From Vitrella brassicaformis CCMP3155 (lineage: Eukaryota; Protista; Chromerida): 64,000 bases of DNA. The position numbers and the translations under genes are program-made. The stretch is taken from the NCBI GenBank assembly GCA_001179505.1, contig CDMY01000510.1:1-64000 (forward strand), written 5' to 3'. Shown here one piece after another: positions 10,941 through 26,631 of this stretch (the stretch's first letter is position 1; every line of letters begins with the position of its first letter). Under the pieces are notes generated by a model. The model worked only from the letters and a program-made list of their open reading frames with translations. It ran no database searches and was not told where the DNA came from.

Positions 10941-13900
10941 TCACAGACAGACAGACCTGCCTTCAAGACGCCCATCCACCAGCTGACGCAGAGACCAGGC
11001 CCCTCCCAACGTCTCCTCCACCTTGGAGAGCCCAACTTCTACGCCACCATCACCGTCCTGTGTGACGAGACACTCCCTCACCGCAGTCAGGTAGCTCTGC
11101 AGGTCTGCCGACAGTGGACACGCCACACAAGTGTCCTGACGGAGCCAATCAACACACACACACACAGAGGGGACATCTTGCGTCTGCCGGTGTGGACACC
11201 GTGATGGTCACCTACGTCGAAGGCAAGGAAACACGCGTGCAGGAACTGTCGAGGGCACCGGGACGAGAGAAGCGCCTCCAGTGCCGCGTCGCTCTCCGCA
11301 TCGCCGTACATGGCGTCGCCCACCAATGGGAAGCCCAGAGTGCTCAGATGCACGCGGATCTGGTGCTGCCGGCCTGTGGCGATGGCCACAACCGCCAGGG
11401 TGAGGTTGCGGCCTGCAGCCGCGTATCGCTCGACTGGCCAGCAAAAGGTGAGTGCCGGCCTTCCAGCCGGGCTGACGATGGTTGTGCGGCCGGTGACCAT
11501 CAGCCGACGGCGACCTGATGTCAACACGACACACGCACAGCACAGGTGCAAAGGTGCGTTGAGCATGCTGGTCGGTCCAGTGCTCACACGCGAAAGGCCG
11601 GTCTGGCAAGCTCCCGTGGCACAGACAGAGGTAGAGCTTGGTCATGCGCCGACTCTCCAGCAGCAACTTCAGCCGGTGGTAGGCGGCATACCTCTTGGCC
11701 ACCAGCACCGGCCCAGACGTGTCCACGTCGAGACGATGCACGAACCCCAAAGACACCCTGCTGTCAGACTGCGGGCACGCTGCATCCGACCGCCCCTCGG
11801 CGGGCCTGGCCTTGTGGACGAGGTCGGCAATATCCTCGACTGTGTTGCTGGCGAGCATCTCATGCGGCGACAAGTCGTTGCGGGGTCGGTAGGGGACTGA
11901 GGGCGGTCGGTCAGCCGAGGAGGGAGGGGCGCACGACCATCTGGGAGGCTTGTACAGCACCTGAACGCCGCAATGGATGCATGACGTCGGCCCTTTCGTC
12001 TGTCTGCTTTCCTTACCATGACATCTTCCGTCTCGTGCAGCACGAGGGGCGCCTCTTTCCCAAGAGCAGCGGCCTCTCTCCCGTTGAGCTCTCCACTGTC
12101 AGTCTCGGACCTCTCGTCATCTCGCTCACCTTCGCTGCTGATGCCATCTTTCCGGAGCAACAGACCAGACAGGCTCTCAACCTTCGCGCGGATCATCCTG
12201 AACAGCCGCTCATCAATCACCCCCATGAGAGCAAAGCTGCTCGCGAGGGAGTAAAGAGCCAGCCAATCGTCGCCCCACTGATCACCGTCACAAGTGCCGT
12301 CACTTCGGCCCTCCAGCCGGCGAATGACCTCTGTCTTGACAGCATCGGCCAGCTGCCGGCTGGGCAGGGAGGCGTCAGTTGGAATGCCGAATGATGGTGT
12401 GGGGGCGTCTTGGTCGCTCATGTAGATGACGCCGTCGGCACCCTGTGCTGCAGCGGCAGATGTGAGGAGGTCCATTGCCGCATAGGCCAGGTTGGCGAGG
12501 TGCTGGGGCGTGAAGGCTGGCCACGGGAAGCCGAAGGGCGAGAGGGGGCTGTCATCGCTGCCGGTGGGTTCGGCATCGTCGTCACCACTCGGTGCTGAGG
12601 TCCCCCTCTCTATGACTTGTTGGAGCAGGTCTTCCGTCAGCTGCCCACTCTTCGCAAACCCCCACAGCAAGTTCGTCACATCCAGCGGTCCCAGCACCAG
12701 CGGCGAAGCACCGTCTGCTGCCATGGCTTCCTCCTGCAGGAACGCTTTTCTCAGGTCGTCGACGAAACTGTCTGGCAGCATCGGTGCCGCATCGATCGCC
12801 GCCATGGCCCACGAGATGACGGCGGCATCCATGGGGCCAAGCCTGCCGCGCCGATGGTCGATCTCGTGTGCGAGGGCAGCGAGGAATGACGGAAGAAGGG
12901 CGGGCGTTTCGTCGTTTGTCGATGATGTGCTGGTATTGGCCGGCTGGGGGTAGAGGAGGTCAGGGCGCATAGGGAGGAGGGTCGCCAGGCCCCACACTGA
13001 ACGAACACCCACCACATTGATTGCATCCATCTGCCACAATCGCCTTCCGTCCAGTCATCCACATACCTGTGTTGCATACGTGTTGCTCTGAGAAGGCCCC
13101 CAGCCTCTCTGGCGCAGCGCATTCTCTCATCGCAGCGGCGAGGAGGCCACGATGGGGGACGCCGACGGAGGCGAAGCTCCAGCACAGATTGCTGATGTCC
13201 TGACAGACACACGGGTGACGTGAGAATGTGGATGAGTTGCACATCGTCTTTCGGTGTCATTCATCCACCAATCAATCACCTGTGGTTTGGCCTGCTGAAT
13301 GCGCCGTGCGCTGACGCTTCCCAGGGCGTCGAACACGTCACGCCTTCGCACATTGCACTTGGCCAGGGACCAAGCAGCCAACGCGAGAGACTGCGAGTGG
13401 GATATGGCGTTTCGCATTTGGTACACGTACAGGTGGGTGTTCGTGTGCATTGTGGTAGGGCCGCCTTACGTGCCTGCATCGGGAATTTCTGTGCGTGGCT
13501 GACGATGAAAGAGCACATGCCGCTCAGCATCGCGGGCCAGCTGGGGCACTCACCCAGCCGTCCATGCATCTGCACCAGCCCACCCCCACACAGGCAGGTC
13601 ACACGAGGAGAGCATTTAGTATCCCTGGCTCATGTTGCTGCTGTTGCATATTGTTAACGCACTTTGAGTGTCACAAGTGCCCACAGCGCTTTGACAGCTC
13701 CCTGTGGGCTGAGACCTCCACTGTCTTCATTCAGCACCGCCACCAGACGACCCACCAGCAGCTCAGCCGCCTTGTCGCTGACAGCACATTTCTCCATCTT
13801 GGTGATCCCCCATAGCACGTTCGACAGGGCCCACCCACTCAGCCTCGACGCCTCCCCAGCCACACGCTCGCACAGCTCCCCAACACACGCGTGCTGACTG

Positions 13901-14738
13901 AGAACATCCGGCTGCAACCCCATTGCATCAAAGGCCATCCCATAGTCCTGCTCGGTCAGGCCGGCGCTGCTGCTGCTGCTTCTGGCACGTGAAGTGAGCT
14001 CGTGAATGAGGGCGTCGTAGACACATTTGTCACGGACACCTCCTTTTGCAAATCCCCAGAGCAGGTTGGATAGCTGTTGGTTAGACATGGATGGTAGACG
14101 AGATGAGGTGCAGATCTCTTCTGCAACGAGAGAATAGAGAGGCCGCCACTCAGAAGATGACGCGGGAGCCTCTAGGCGACCTGATCAAGGAAGCTTGATA
14201 GAGAATTAAGTACGGCTCTTGGGTGTCTACTCACCGAGTGCCCAGATGATATTTGCCAGGTTGACATCAGGGAGCGATTTGATTTGGGAGGGCAGCTCTT
14301 CCATCAGCCGGTGCGCCAGCCGCTCCACCGTCTTCCTGCCTCTCCGGAGGTCCGTTCTCAGCAGGTTGGCGAGGCTCTTCCCATCTGCACGTTTGGCCAC
14401 ACGATGAAGGGCCGTGATCAGATTCAGCGAGTCGAAGTCCTGAACAAGGCAAGGAGAGGCAAAAGGAAGACGTCTGGATGATCTGTGTGCATGATCGCAT
14501 CACTGACCTCCAGGTGGTCCTTCATGATTCTGGTGACGTGATGCAGCTTCCTGGCGTCCGCAAGCTTCCTGTTGAGCTGTCGCTGATCAGGCCCGCCGCT
14601 GTCTGGGTCCTCCACCGCTGAGATCTGCAAAACCTTCCTCTGCGCAAGCAACGAACGCCACGTGATCGGGGCGATAAATGCGGCGGCCGGAAAGATACAG
14701 ATGAGGCTTGTGAGAAGCCCAATGTGATAAGATCTCAT
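10941..14738 (-). CDS. Plastid-targeted FAST/HPR/OPR-like helical-repeat protein fused to an RluA-family pseudouridine synthase
   Basis: Leader MRSYHIGLLTSLICIFPAAAFIAP; repeats such as NLANIIWALG, QQLSNLLWGFAK, WALSNVLWGITK, QDISNLCWSFAS, LDVTNLLWGFAK; a phase-0 intron joins ETEDVM|VLYKPP; RluA motifs VHRLDVDTSG, KLYLCL, TGRQHQIRVH, PLVGDAMY, QFLHA. The 3' end is approximate. Confidence 0.85.
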
Positions 14739-14843
14739 CGCCGCGCGTCTCCGCGTCCCTGTGTTGAGAGAGCGGTTTCACGGAAACGCGAGCTAAGCTT
14801 CAAAACCGACGCGAGATCTGGGCTATCGGGCGCTTCAGCGAAG

Positions 14844-17816
14844 ATGGACAACCCTGCAGGTGGCACCGGTGAGAAGAAGCGCAAGGCTTCCGACGTGGAC
14901 ACCTTGCGTCGTGCTGCTGGTGGCATCGACAGTGCAGTCGACCGGTTTGCTTCAAGCACTCGACAGCGCATCATCGCAAAGGGCGGAACATGCACGGTGG
15001 GGACGGTGAGAGAAGACCTCCAGCTCAACGTTGGTACGAACCAGCAAAGTGAAGGTGCCCATGTGTGTGTGTGTGTTTGTTCATCAGTGGACCGTTGGCT
15101 TTGCCTGTTCTGTTTGTTTGCATGAATCAGGTGGCAGAGTGTTTCCCGTTCCCCGTCCGTCTCTGCTGAAGGATGGAGTGAAGGACACAATGCTTGCACA
15201 CCTGCTGCTGCACTACGAGGACGGCCTGGCCAAGGACGAGGACGGCAGACCCTTCCTCGACGCTGATCCCATTTGGTTTGAATGGTCGGCGACATAGTAC
15301 ACACGCTCAGACAACACCCCGCAGAAGCGCCGTCATCCCCATCGTTCCGATGCATCCCTCCCTCCCTCAGGTTGATGGATGAGATAGCGGGTCATGAAGG
15401 CGGCGAGATCGAGCTTCACAGCGGCCACGAGAGCGACGCATCTTACACCTTCTACCAACCCATTCTCCTCGCCAAAACAAAGCTGCAAATGGACATCGCA
15501 CCCCAGCAGCAGCAGCAGCAGCAGCGCGATGACGGCATGATGGACATAGATGGAGCACAGCCGGGGGCGGAAGAGGGGAGCGACGGGGGAGAGAGCGGCG
15601 CGGCCCTGAAGGCCATACAGCAGCATCTGTCCCGCGCTCAGGCCGCCGTCAGAGCGCTGGAGGAGACGGCAATGGAGACGGAGAAGTTCTACGAGGCGAT
15701 GGGGCCTTTCATGCGGTCTGACGATGGCGACGGTGGTGGGGAGGGCGACAAGGTGCTGTCGGTGACCATTCTGGGCAAAAGGGTGTCGACACTCGAGAAG
15801 ACGCTGACATACTTCGGCCCCCACAACGCCCTCTACAGGCGCTTTACGACGTGAGGAAGGGAAATGAGGGCGGGAAGAGAAGCCAGGCAGGGGCCAGCAG
15901 TTGGTGTGTGGTGCGTGCTGTGTGTTGTGCAGGTGGCCCGGGCCAATTTTCCCACACGAAATCGGATCACTTCATGAAGATAGGTACATACCGACACACT
16001 CGCCGTGTCAATAAATGCGTGTTGCGGCACCTGTCTGTCTGTTTTCCCCTTCCATGTGTCAGTCGATTTTGCGCGTCGTACCCGTTTCACCCCAGCCAAC
16101 GGCGTCGTCGACCCGCCAAAGGCGCACAACCAGGTAGCTAGGCGGCCTCAGCTGACTGACGCAGAAATGAATGTCCAGAAGGAGTGTTGTCACTCTTATG
16201 TGGCTGTGCTGTGTGCGCCGCCAGGCACAGCTTGCTCGCGATGGCGAGATGTATGGCCTGAAGATCGAGAAGGTGTACAAGCCCATATTGACTGACGAGG
16301 ACATGCAGGCGGTGATCGACATGACCAACAAAAGACAGCCGACCAAACGTCTGCTCTACAAGTGAGCCGACAGACACGATGGGCATCGACTTAGCAGGGC
16401 TGTGCTGACTCACGTTCATCAATATATCGTCTCTTCGTCGCAGGTCCAGCCGTGACACGTGGAGCTTCGGCAGCTTGCTGGACAGTGTGGGCGATGCCAG
16501 CGGCTTGCTTTTCGTCATGCAGTACAGCGCGACCAACAAGTCCGGCTTCTTTCTCGACGGGCAGCTCAACCTCCCGCCCAAGCCAACCGGAGAGTGAGTG
16601 ACGCAGACATTGACGGATGGATGAGTGGATGGATGCACGGATGGACTCATTGATGTAGGATGAAGACCTACTGCCCCATTTTCTTCTACTCGGCCAGTGG
16701 CCCATACCAAACTGCGACCAAGGTTCCGATCCCTGAGGACGCACAGGCGGTGCTGGTGGGTGGTCGGCTAGGGGCAGTGATGGACAACCTCAAGAGGCGC
16801 GTCGCCAATCTGTTCATCGGGGGCGACAGCACCGACTCAGCAGGCCTGTGGCTTGGCTTTCAGCTCCCCACCGACCCTCGACTCTCCGACGGCCCAGCTC
16901 CCGACCTGAGTCACTACTGCACCTGGGTCAAAGAAGGACATCTTCCGGAGGGTTACACGGGCAGTATCGACGAGGATGGCGACGGCACGCTTGCAGGGGC
17001 CGAGATACCGCCACCTCTCGAAGGACTGGAGGTCTGGCAGGTATGTCAAGGGCGGGTCTATCGCTGGGTGGGTGCGGTGCGGTGCATTGTGTCGGTGGAG
17101 TGCTGATCGAGTGTGCTGTGCGTCCTCAGGTGTCGGGCGAGTATGTGTTTGAGCCGATCCTCAGCGACGAGCAGATGCAGGCCGTCATTGCCATGACAAA
17201 CCAACCCAGCCACACCAGAGAGCTGCTCTACAAGTGAGCCGAGACAATGCCAGGACGGTTTATGTAGCAAGTTCATGTGGGCTCTCTCTCTCACACACAC
17301 AGGGCGACGAGAGATGGCTGGAGATACGGCAGGTTGATCGACTCTGTCGGCGACGCCAGCGGCCTACTGGTCGTCGTGCAGCACAACGACACACACCGAT
17401 TCGGGGCCTTCATCGACGGCCAACTCAAGCAGCCCAGCGACCCCACAAAGGAAGCGCAGTCCGAATGCCGCCTCTTCTTCTACTCGGTCAGCGGGGCCTG
17501 CGGCAATCCCACCCCCACCAAGGTCCCCATCCCTGAGGAGAACCGCTCTGCGGTGTCGGTGGCCGGTCGGGAGGGGGTGGCCCAGGGGAGGACGTATCTG
17601 TCCATTGACGCCTGGGACTCGGCGTACCTTGAGCTGGGGTCGAATGACCACGATGTGACGGGCCCTAGTGGCGATCTTCACCGCTGCAGAATGTGGATCA
17701 GCAAGGCCAGCTTGCCTGCGGGATACGTGGGACAGGTGGATGCTGACGGTGATGGGACGTTAGCAGGGGCGCAGATGTTCACTGCATCTGACATTGAGGT
17801 GTGGCGAGTGGGCTAG
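14844..17816 (+). CDS. BTB + BTB-like + two tandem TLDc domains (family member 2)
   Basis: LQLNVG|GRVFPVPR BTB; TLDc-1 at about 16240-17040 (GDGTLAGAEIPPPLEGLEVWQ) and TLDc-2 at about 17130-17816 (GDGTLAGAQMFTASDIEVW*). Confidence 0.85.
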
Positions 17817-18217
17817 ACTGCTCGTCGTTCGTTAATGGTGAGTGAGGTGTTTTGCTTGCTTGTCAGACGATTCGTACGCATTTTTCGTTTGTATGACCCA
17901 TCGGTCATTCACGGTGACGTTCGTTAATGAATGCTGTGGTGCCGACCGTCAATGGGCATTCCATCATAGCGTGAGTAACCACACCGTTGGTGTCAGAACC
18001 AAGGGAGCACGAGATTATTTGACGTCTCTCTGTCACGAGACCACTTATTCGCGGCAAACTCCTCCTTAAAAACGTCCATACGTGCACACATACGTATACA
18101 CATACGAGCTGAAAAATGAATGCATTGAAGCCAGAATCGATAAACCAGGCACCCGTCCACATCCTCCCATCTGACCCGCGATGTGCAAAAATCAGCCAGC
18201 CACCACCCAGGCTAAAA

Positions 18218-20883
<2,666 letters not shown>

Positions 20884-21244
20884 GTGTCCTCTGTCTGTCA
20901 GGCTAGATCTGGCAGAAAAATTGACAGAGCGAAGATGACACACAACAGGGCTGCTGCAGGGGGAAGGCACAGCACTCGCGAGCGATGGGGAAAGGTGCAA
21001 GCTCACGTTTGTGAGCTGAGCGCGCAGCCGCCCTCGCCTTGACGACGCAGCTGTCTGACGACGAGGGCCCTGTGGAAGCTCCCTCAGGGCGTCGACCGGG
21101 AGAATCTCAAGTTGTGACCTTCGATAAGGCAATAAATTACGCAGAAGGCGCAATTTCACTCCGTACGTGATGCCGCGCCGCCGCTCCTATACACACGCAT
21201 GCCTTTCCATCATACAAGCGTGCCTGTGTCTGCAGCACCGCCCG

Positions 21245-24200
21245 ATGTCCGAGTTGGAGCGCGCCAAGGAGGTGGAGAGCATGAAGGAGAGCCTGGCTGA
21301 CATGCTGACGAACGCGCACGGCCTGAGGCGGCAGAATGACAAGGAGCGTGCGAGGCTCACCGAAATGTGGGAGTACTACGGTACGAATGCCTTGTAAGGG
21401 GGGAGGGGAGGGAGGGGCGGGGTGATGGACGAACGGGGAGACGCCTTCCTTTCTCTGTGTGTCGACTGAGTGCAGATTGCAAGAAGAGAGCTTTGAAGGC
21501 AGCACTCGAATTGCAGGAGGTACGTCGAACGAAGCGCAGTCACCTCACAATGGCATCATCCACCATGCCCTCTCGTTTCTGTCAGGATCACCGTTATCAG
21601 TACGTCCAGCTGGACCGTGAGGTGCAGGCCATCAAGGAGGCCGTGCACAAGGCAGAAAAACAACTCAGAGACGAAGACGTCCGGCTCCGTCAGTCCGTCT
21701 CCGCCCGCCAGTCGGAGCTCACGACTCTCCGCCATCGGCTGGAGGAGCTGCAGCAGCAGATAGAGCAGCGCAGGAGCCAAAGACACGAGGCGCAAAACGA
21801 CACCGCAGTCCAGAGGAAGAGATTTGAGTTGCGTGTGCGTCATCTGGAGGAGGAGCTGCAGCTGCTGGGAGAGATCGCAACGCAGCGGAGAGAACAGCAG
21901 CAGCAGCAGCAGACGGACGGTCAGTCAGTCAGTCAGTCATGAGGGGACGGGCGGGCAGCGCATCCCAGTGAATCGGTTTGCCTGCCCTTCCTCACATCTC
22001 TGTTTTAGACGCGACAACCACGGGAGAATCGCCGGTCGTGCTGCGCGAGAGATACCAGGTATGGATCGGATCCATGCGGCTCTGGCGGCGTAAGTGTGTA
22101 GACATATATGTGTGTGTGCACAAATCGGTGTGGGTGCAGATGCTTCAGGAGGACAAGGCAATGCACCAGGCTCTCATCGCTGAAGAGGACCTGAGACACA
22201 GGCTGCTGGTGGCGTGGCGGGAGCGATGCAAACGTCTCACGCTGCACCTGCAGGCACGCAGACGCCTCTATAGACTGGTACGGTACCTACGTGTGGCAGA
22301 CAGCAAGCTTCCTCACTTGGCTGGCTCTGTCATCTCTCTCGCCATTCCCTCTGTTCCAGGCTCTCGATCGTCTCAAGGGTTCTCCAGGTCACCCGGCCCT
22401 CATCACGTCACCCTCACCCACACACACAACCACAGCGATCCCGCCCCTCCTCACCATCACCGGGCCAACCCCTCACTCTTCCTCTGCTCGCCCGGCATCC
22501 AGCCCACCCGAGCCCCCACACCCACACTACCCGCGGTCGACCCTGCTGCCTGTGCGGCAGCCGAGAGACCACCCCACACAGAGGGGGCAGGACTACCAGT
22601 CGCTCCATCCATGTGCGTCGGGGTATCCCAAATGGTCGCTTCGTCAGGGGTTTCGTTCGGTGGACGGCACTGCGGGCGCCCCGATGCACATCAGAGCACA
22701 CCAACGCTTCATGGGGGGCATGTTCGACTCACCAGGTGGGCAGTGCAGTGCAGCTGACGCGCCAGCCCTGGATTGGATCTGTGCATATCCCTTTGTCTGT
22801 CTGTTGTGATGTGCAGGTGAGAGCCACTACCCTGCTCTGGACACCATTCGGTGGCGTTCGATGCCCAAGCCCGGTCTCGGTGCGCCTCCTGCTCCCCTGC
22901 CCGTCGTCCCATCGCTGTCGCCATCACCCGAGTTCTTCAGTGCCGTAGAGGACAGCGAGTGGGCCAGAGAGCCGCCGACAGCCGCAATGTCAGTCAGCTG
23001 ACAAATTTGGCACACACGAGAATCCTCTACCATCGAACGTGAACACCGTGTGTTTGCCTTCCTTTTGCTCGTTCCCAGAGCACTATTGTCGCCGCCATCT
23101 CCGGCCGCATCAGCACCTCTGCAAGGCAGCAGCGTCGAGCGCTTCTCCGCCGCCCTGGAAGAGATGGCCTCCCTCGCGCCATCGCCATCGACACTCAGGG
23201 AGCCGCCGTCGCTGCTGAGCGGGGCCGAGGGGTCCAACGACCCCAGTGCCCCTTCGCCGAGCATGAGGCGTGACGAGGCTGCCGAGTGGGCGGGGTGGGG
23301 CGAGATGAGCCGGGAGGTGCTGGTGGGGGAGGTCGAGAGGTATGACCGTCTGATCGGGGGGCTCAAGGCCGCTGAGAAATACCTGGCCACATGGAAGGTG
23401 AGGATGACGTTTGAACGAGGGGGTGGCAGAGATGCGGGCAGGGAGGATGTTGCTGTCTTGGTCTGCTTGGTTGTCTTTGTGTCAGGGCAAGAGCGAGGCG
23501 CTTGAGCAGAGCATCCGCACCCTGGTCAAGGAGCACAAGCCGTCGCCTTTCTTCCTGGTCAACACACTCACCACCGCCACAGCCACAGCCACCATCGACA
23601 CAGCCGCAGAGCCCACCCCCCCACCCACATCGCAACCTGAGCCCCTGCTCATTCGGCAGACAGAGCAAGCTGAGCCGAGTCCGCTGACCCGGATGCCAGC
23701 TCCAGCTCCCCGCGCCGCCGAGCCACCGGCATCGCCTGACGCCTCCCCGTCTGTCCGCATGAGTGCTGACGACATCGCCCCTCAGCTGCAGCTGTCGTCA
23801 TCCATATACTTGCCCCACGGCGACACACCGATGGGCGCAGACCAGCAGCGCCGGCCGTCTGTGCGCATGGAGTGGCCCGCGACACCTCCTGCCTCGTCAA
23901 GTCGACTGGGGCTCCTCGACGGTCAGGACAGTGGGGCTTTCCTCGATGCGGCCGAGTCGACAGGCGACCCTGCTGTGCCACACGTTGGCGGCATGGGCGC
24001 GGGCAAGGCCCTGGCTGGCTCGGGGAAGTTCCAGCTGCTTCAGGAGGAGGTGACGGAGGTGGATTTCGACTCCCCCTCGCCCGGCGTCTCCGCACGGTCC
24101 TCAGCTGAGGCGCTTAGCGGGCCCCCTCCCGTCGCCATGCCAGTCAAGATCACCACAGCAGCAGCAACGGGAGAGGCGAGGAGCGCGCCATCGCCTCTGC

Positions 24201-25129
24201 CGTCGCCGATACAGGCGCAGACGGACAAGGCACTGGCCGAGGTCCAGGGGCTCGCGGAAGCCCTCACCGTGACAGAGCGCTACTTCACCCAAACGGCCAA
24301 GCCGGTCCCCGCCTCCTCCCTGATGCCGCCCTACAAGCACCAGCGTCGAGCATCCGACGTCGCTCCCGCCACGCTCCCACGGTCGGCGCTGCTGAGGAGG
24401 GAGGGGGGCGACACGGCCGACGCCAAGCTGGCGGGCACCGCAACGTCACTCCAGCGATGGTTTGAGTATGAGGAGAGCCAACGGGCGGCGGAGAGACACA
24501 TGGACGACCTGCCGTCAGCCTCGTCCAGCATCTACCTTCCGCCTGCAGAGGGGCGACCCAGCCAAATGGCGCCAGTCATGCCGCCGCCAACCGTGCAGCA
24601 GCCGGAGCCCGCCCAGCGGCAGCCAGAGGCGGCCGTGCACCACGTCAGTCAGGAGGTTCAGCCTGCCGTGGAGGCAGGGAGGCCGACGGAGGAGCCGGCC
24701 AAGACGACCACCAAGAGCAAGGGGAAGAAAAAGGGCAGCAAGAAGGCAAAGAAGACCGACGCACCGCCAATAGAGGCCTTCCAGAACGGCTTCGACATGC
24801 CGGCGTTCGGCGATATGTCTGCATCCGCAGCAGCAGCAGCAGCAGCAGGAGGGGGGTTTGAGCATGGCGGTGTGGACTCGAGTGCTGCCGCGTTTGGCGA
24901 AGGCTTTGCGGCCTCTGGTGCTGACGCCTTCGGGGGCGGATTCGGACAGGTGGGTGGGGCGGGAGAGAAGGAGGGAGCAGACAGCCACAGATACTCACAC
25001 TGACTCCTGGATACCTGTGCTGTGTCTTATCTCTGCTGTTCGTTCGATCAGGGATTCTCGAGCTCGTTCAAGGGCGGCGGGTTTGACTCATCTGCTTTCG
25101 ACCAGTCGTTTGCACAGCAGGGCTCCTGA
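21245..25129 (+). CDS. Hypothetical protein: N-terminal coiled coil plus a long Pro/Ser/Ala low-complexity region (could be two genes)
   Basis: Spliced exons with heptad-like E/Q/R/L composition, long ORF 23411-25003, last exon ending GFDSSAFDQSFAQQGS*. Confidence 0.55.
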
Positions 25130-25648
25130 AGGAACGAGCCATCGATCGAGTGATCAATGAATTGAAGAGGGAGGGAGGCAGAGAGGCAGGGCTGGGCTGG
25201 GCTGGGCTGAGACGTTTGCAAATGTTGCTTGGTTGGCTTGCTCTTCCTATGACGTTTGCTGCTGCTGCCGTTTCTGCGGTTGGTCGAGCGAATGAACGAG
25301 AGTCTGTCTATTGGTGGATGGATGTGGTGTGCAAGTATGGGCTTCTGAAGGCTGGTCGGCTTGGTTGACTGACGCTTGCTTCAAGTTGCTGCATCACACC
25401 CACCCAATTCACCCTAATTCACCTCTCACGCGACTGGCTGGTTTACTCGACTATCAATCAGTACTGACATGAGTCATCAGATCATTCAAGTGGGAGGTAG
25501 GGTCGGATGAAAGTCCTATGCAGACGCACGAACCGTTGACTGACCATCACTCACATGACCATCACGTGTATGACACCGTATTTATTATGTACACTCCACA
25601 CACATACGCCTCGGCTGCCGCTACGCTGTCCGGCCGGTCGGCCGGCAC

Positions 25649-26436
25649 TCATGCTCCCTCCTTCTGCTTCTCCTTGCCCGCGTCGTTGTCGCCTCCCCTG
25701 CCGTCGTCCTTGCCCTCCACACCCTGCACTCGGTCAGGCATCACACACACACTCACACGTACGGGTGCCCAATCCATTGATTGATGCCTCTCCCCCTATT
25801 GCCTTTCTGTTGTGTGCATGTGTGTGCGTGTGTGTGTGTGTTCTCTGCTCGCTCACGATTTTGTCGACGTCGACTTCCATGCCGCCCTCGGCCATCCGCT
25901 TCCTGTAAAAGATGTCATCTGCCCACACTGCACACACACACACACACACACGGACAGACAAGACAGACATGCACACGCGTCGCCGAAGCACCCTTGGCGG
26001 GAGGCAGCGCATCCGGTACCTACCTGGTCTGGTGGCCCTTCCCGTCTTGGCGTTCTGTGGCGCCCTGGACTTGTTGACAGTGATGACCTTGCCATACAGC
26101 TCACTCTCGTTCATGTTGTCTATCGCCTCCAAAGCGTCGCCCTCGTCCTCAAACTCCACAAACCCAAACCCGCGATGGTTGCCTGCATCAACACACACCA
26201 CACCACACCACACCACACCACAGCACACCCACAGAGATGCATGAAATGAGCTTGTGAGAAGAGCGTAGGCAAAAGGTACAGTACCGACCTGATTTCATGT
26301 CAAGAGGCATCTCAATATTGCGGATCTCGCCGAAGGGGATGAATGCGGCGTGCAGGGCGTCACGTGTGACGGTTGTGTCCAGGCCGCCGACGTACAGCGT
26401 CCGCTCCAGCCGCGCATCGCTGTAACCCGCCAACAT
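25649..26436 (-). CDS. Stand-alone RRM protein resembling the RRM of cyclophilin E (PPIE/Cyp33), without a PPIase domain
   Basis: [27 protein letters not shown]...[34 protein letters not shown]...VWADDIFY. Confidence 0.85.
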
Positions 26437-26586
26437 CCGCCTCACTCCGATTTGTCGACGAAGCTCGCCTTTTTTCAGGACAGGCAGCCGGCGTTAAGTG
26501 GTGCCTCACTTTCTCTGTTGAATGCAAGGCGAGTGTGCCCCAAGATCTCTCAGCCTCCTCACGTTACACCTCGCACCTTGCGGCTA

Positions 26587-26594
26587 AGCTCGCA
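26587..26594 (-). promoter_or_regulatory. TGCGAGCT candidate promoter motif in the RRM/YTH divergent spacer
   Basis: AGCTCGCA on the + strand; a second near-copy AGCTCGCC lies at 26462-26469. Confidence 0.35.
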
Positions 26595-26631
26595 GACGTC
26601 GGAATCTGCGGCTTTATCAAACGCTCTGAGG

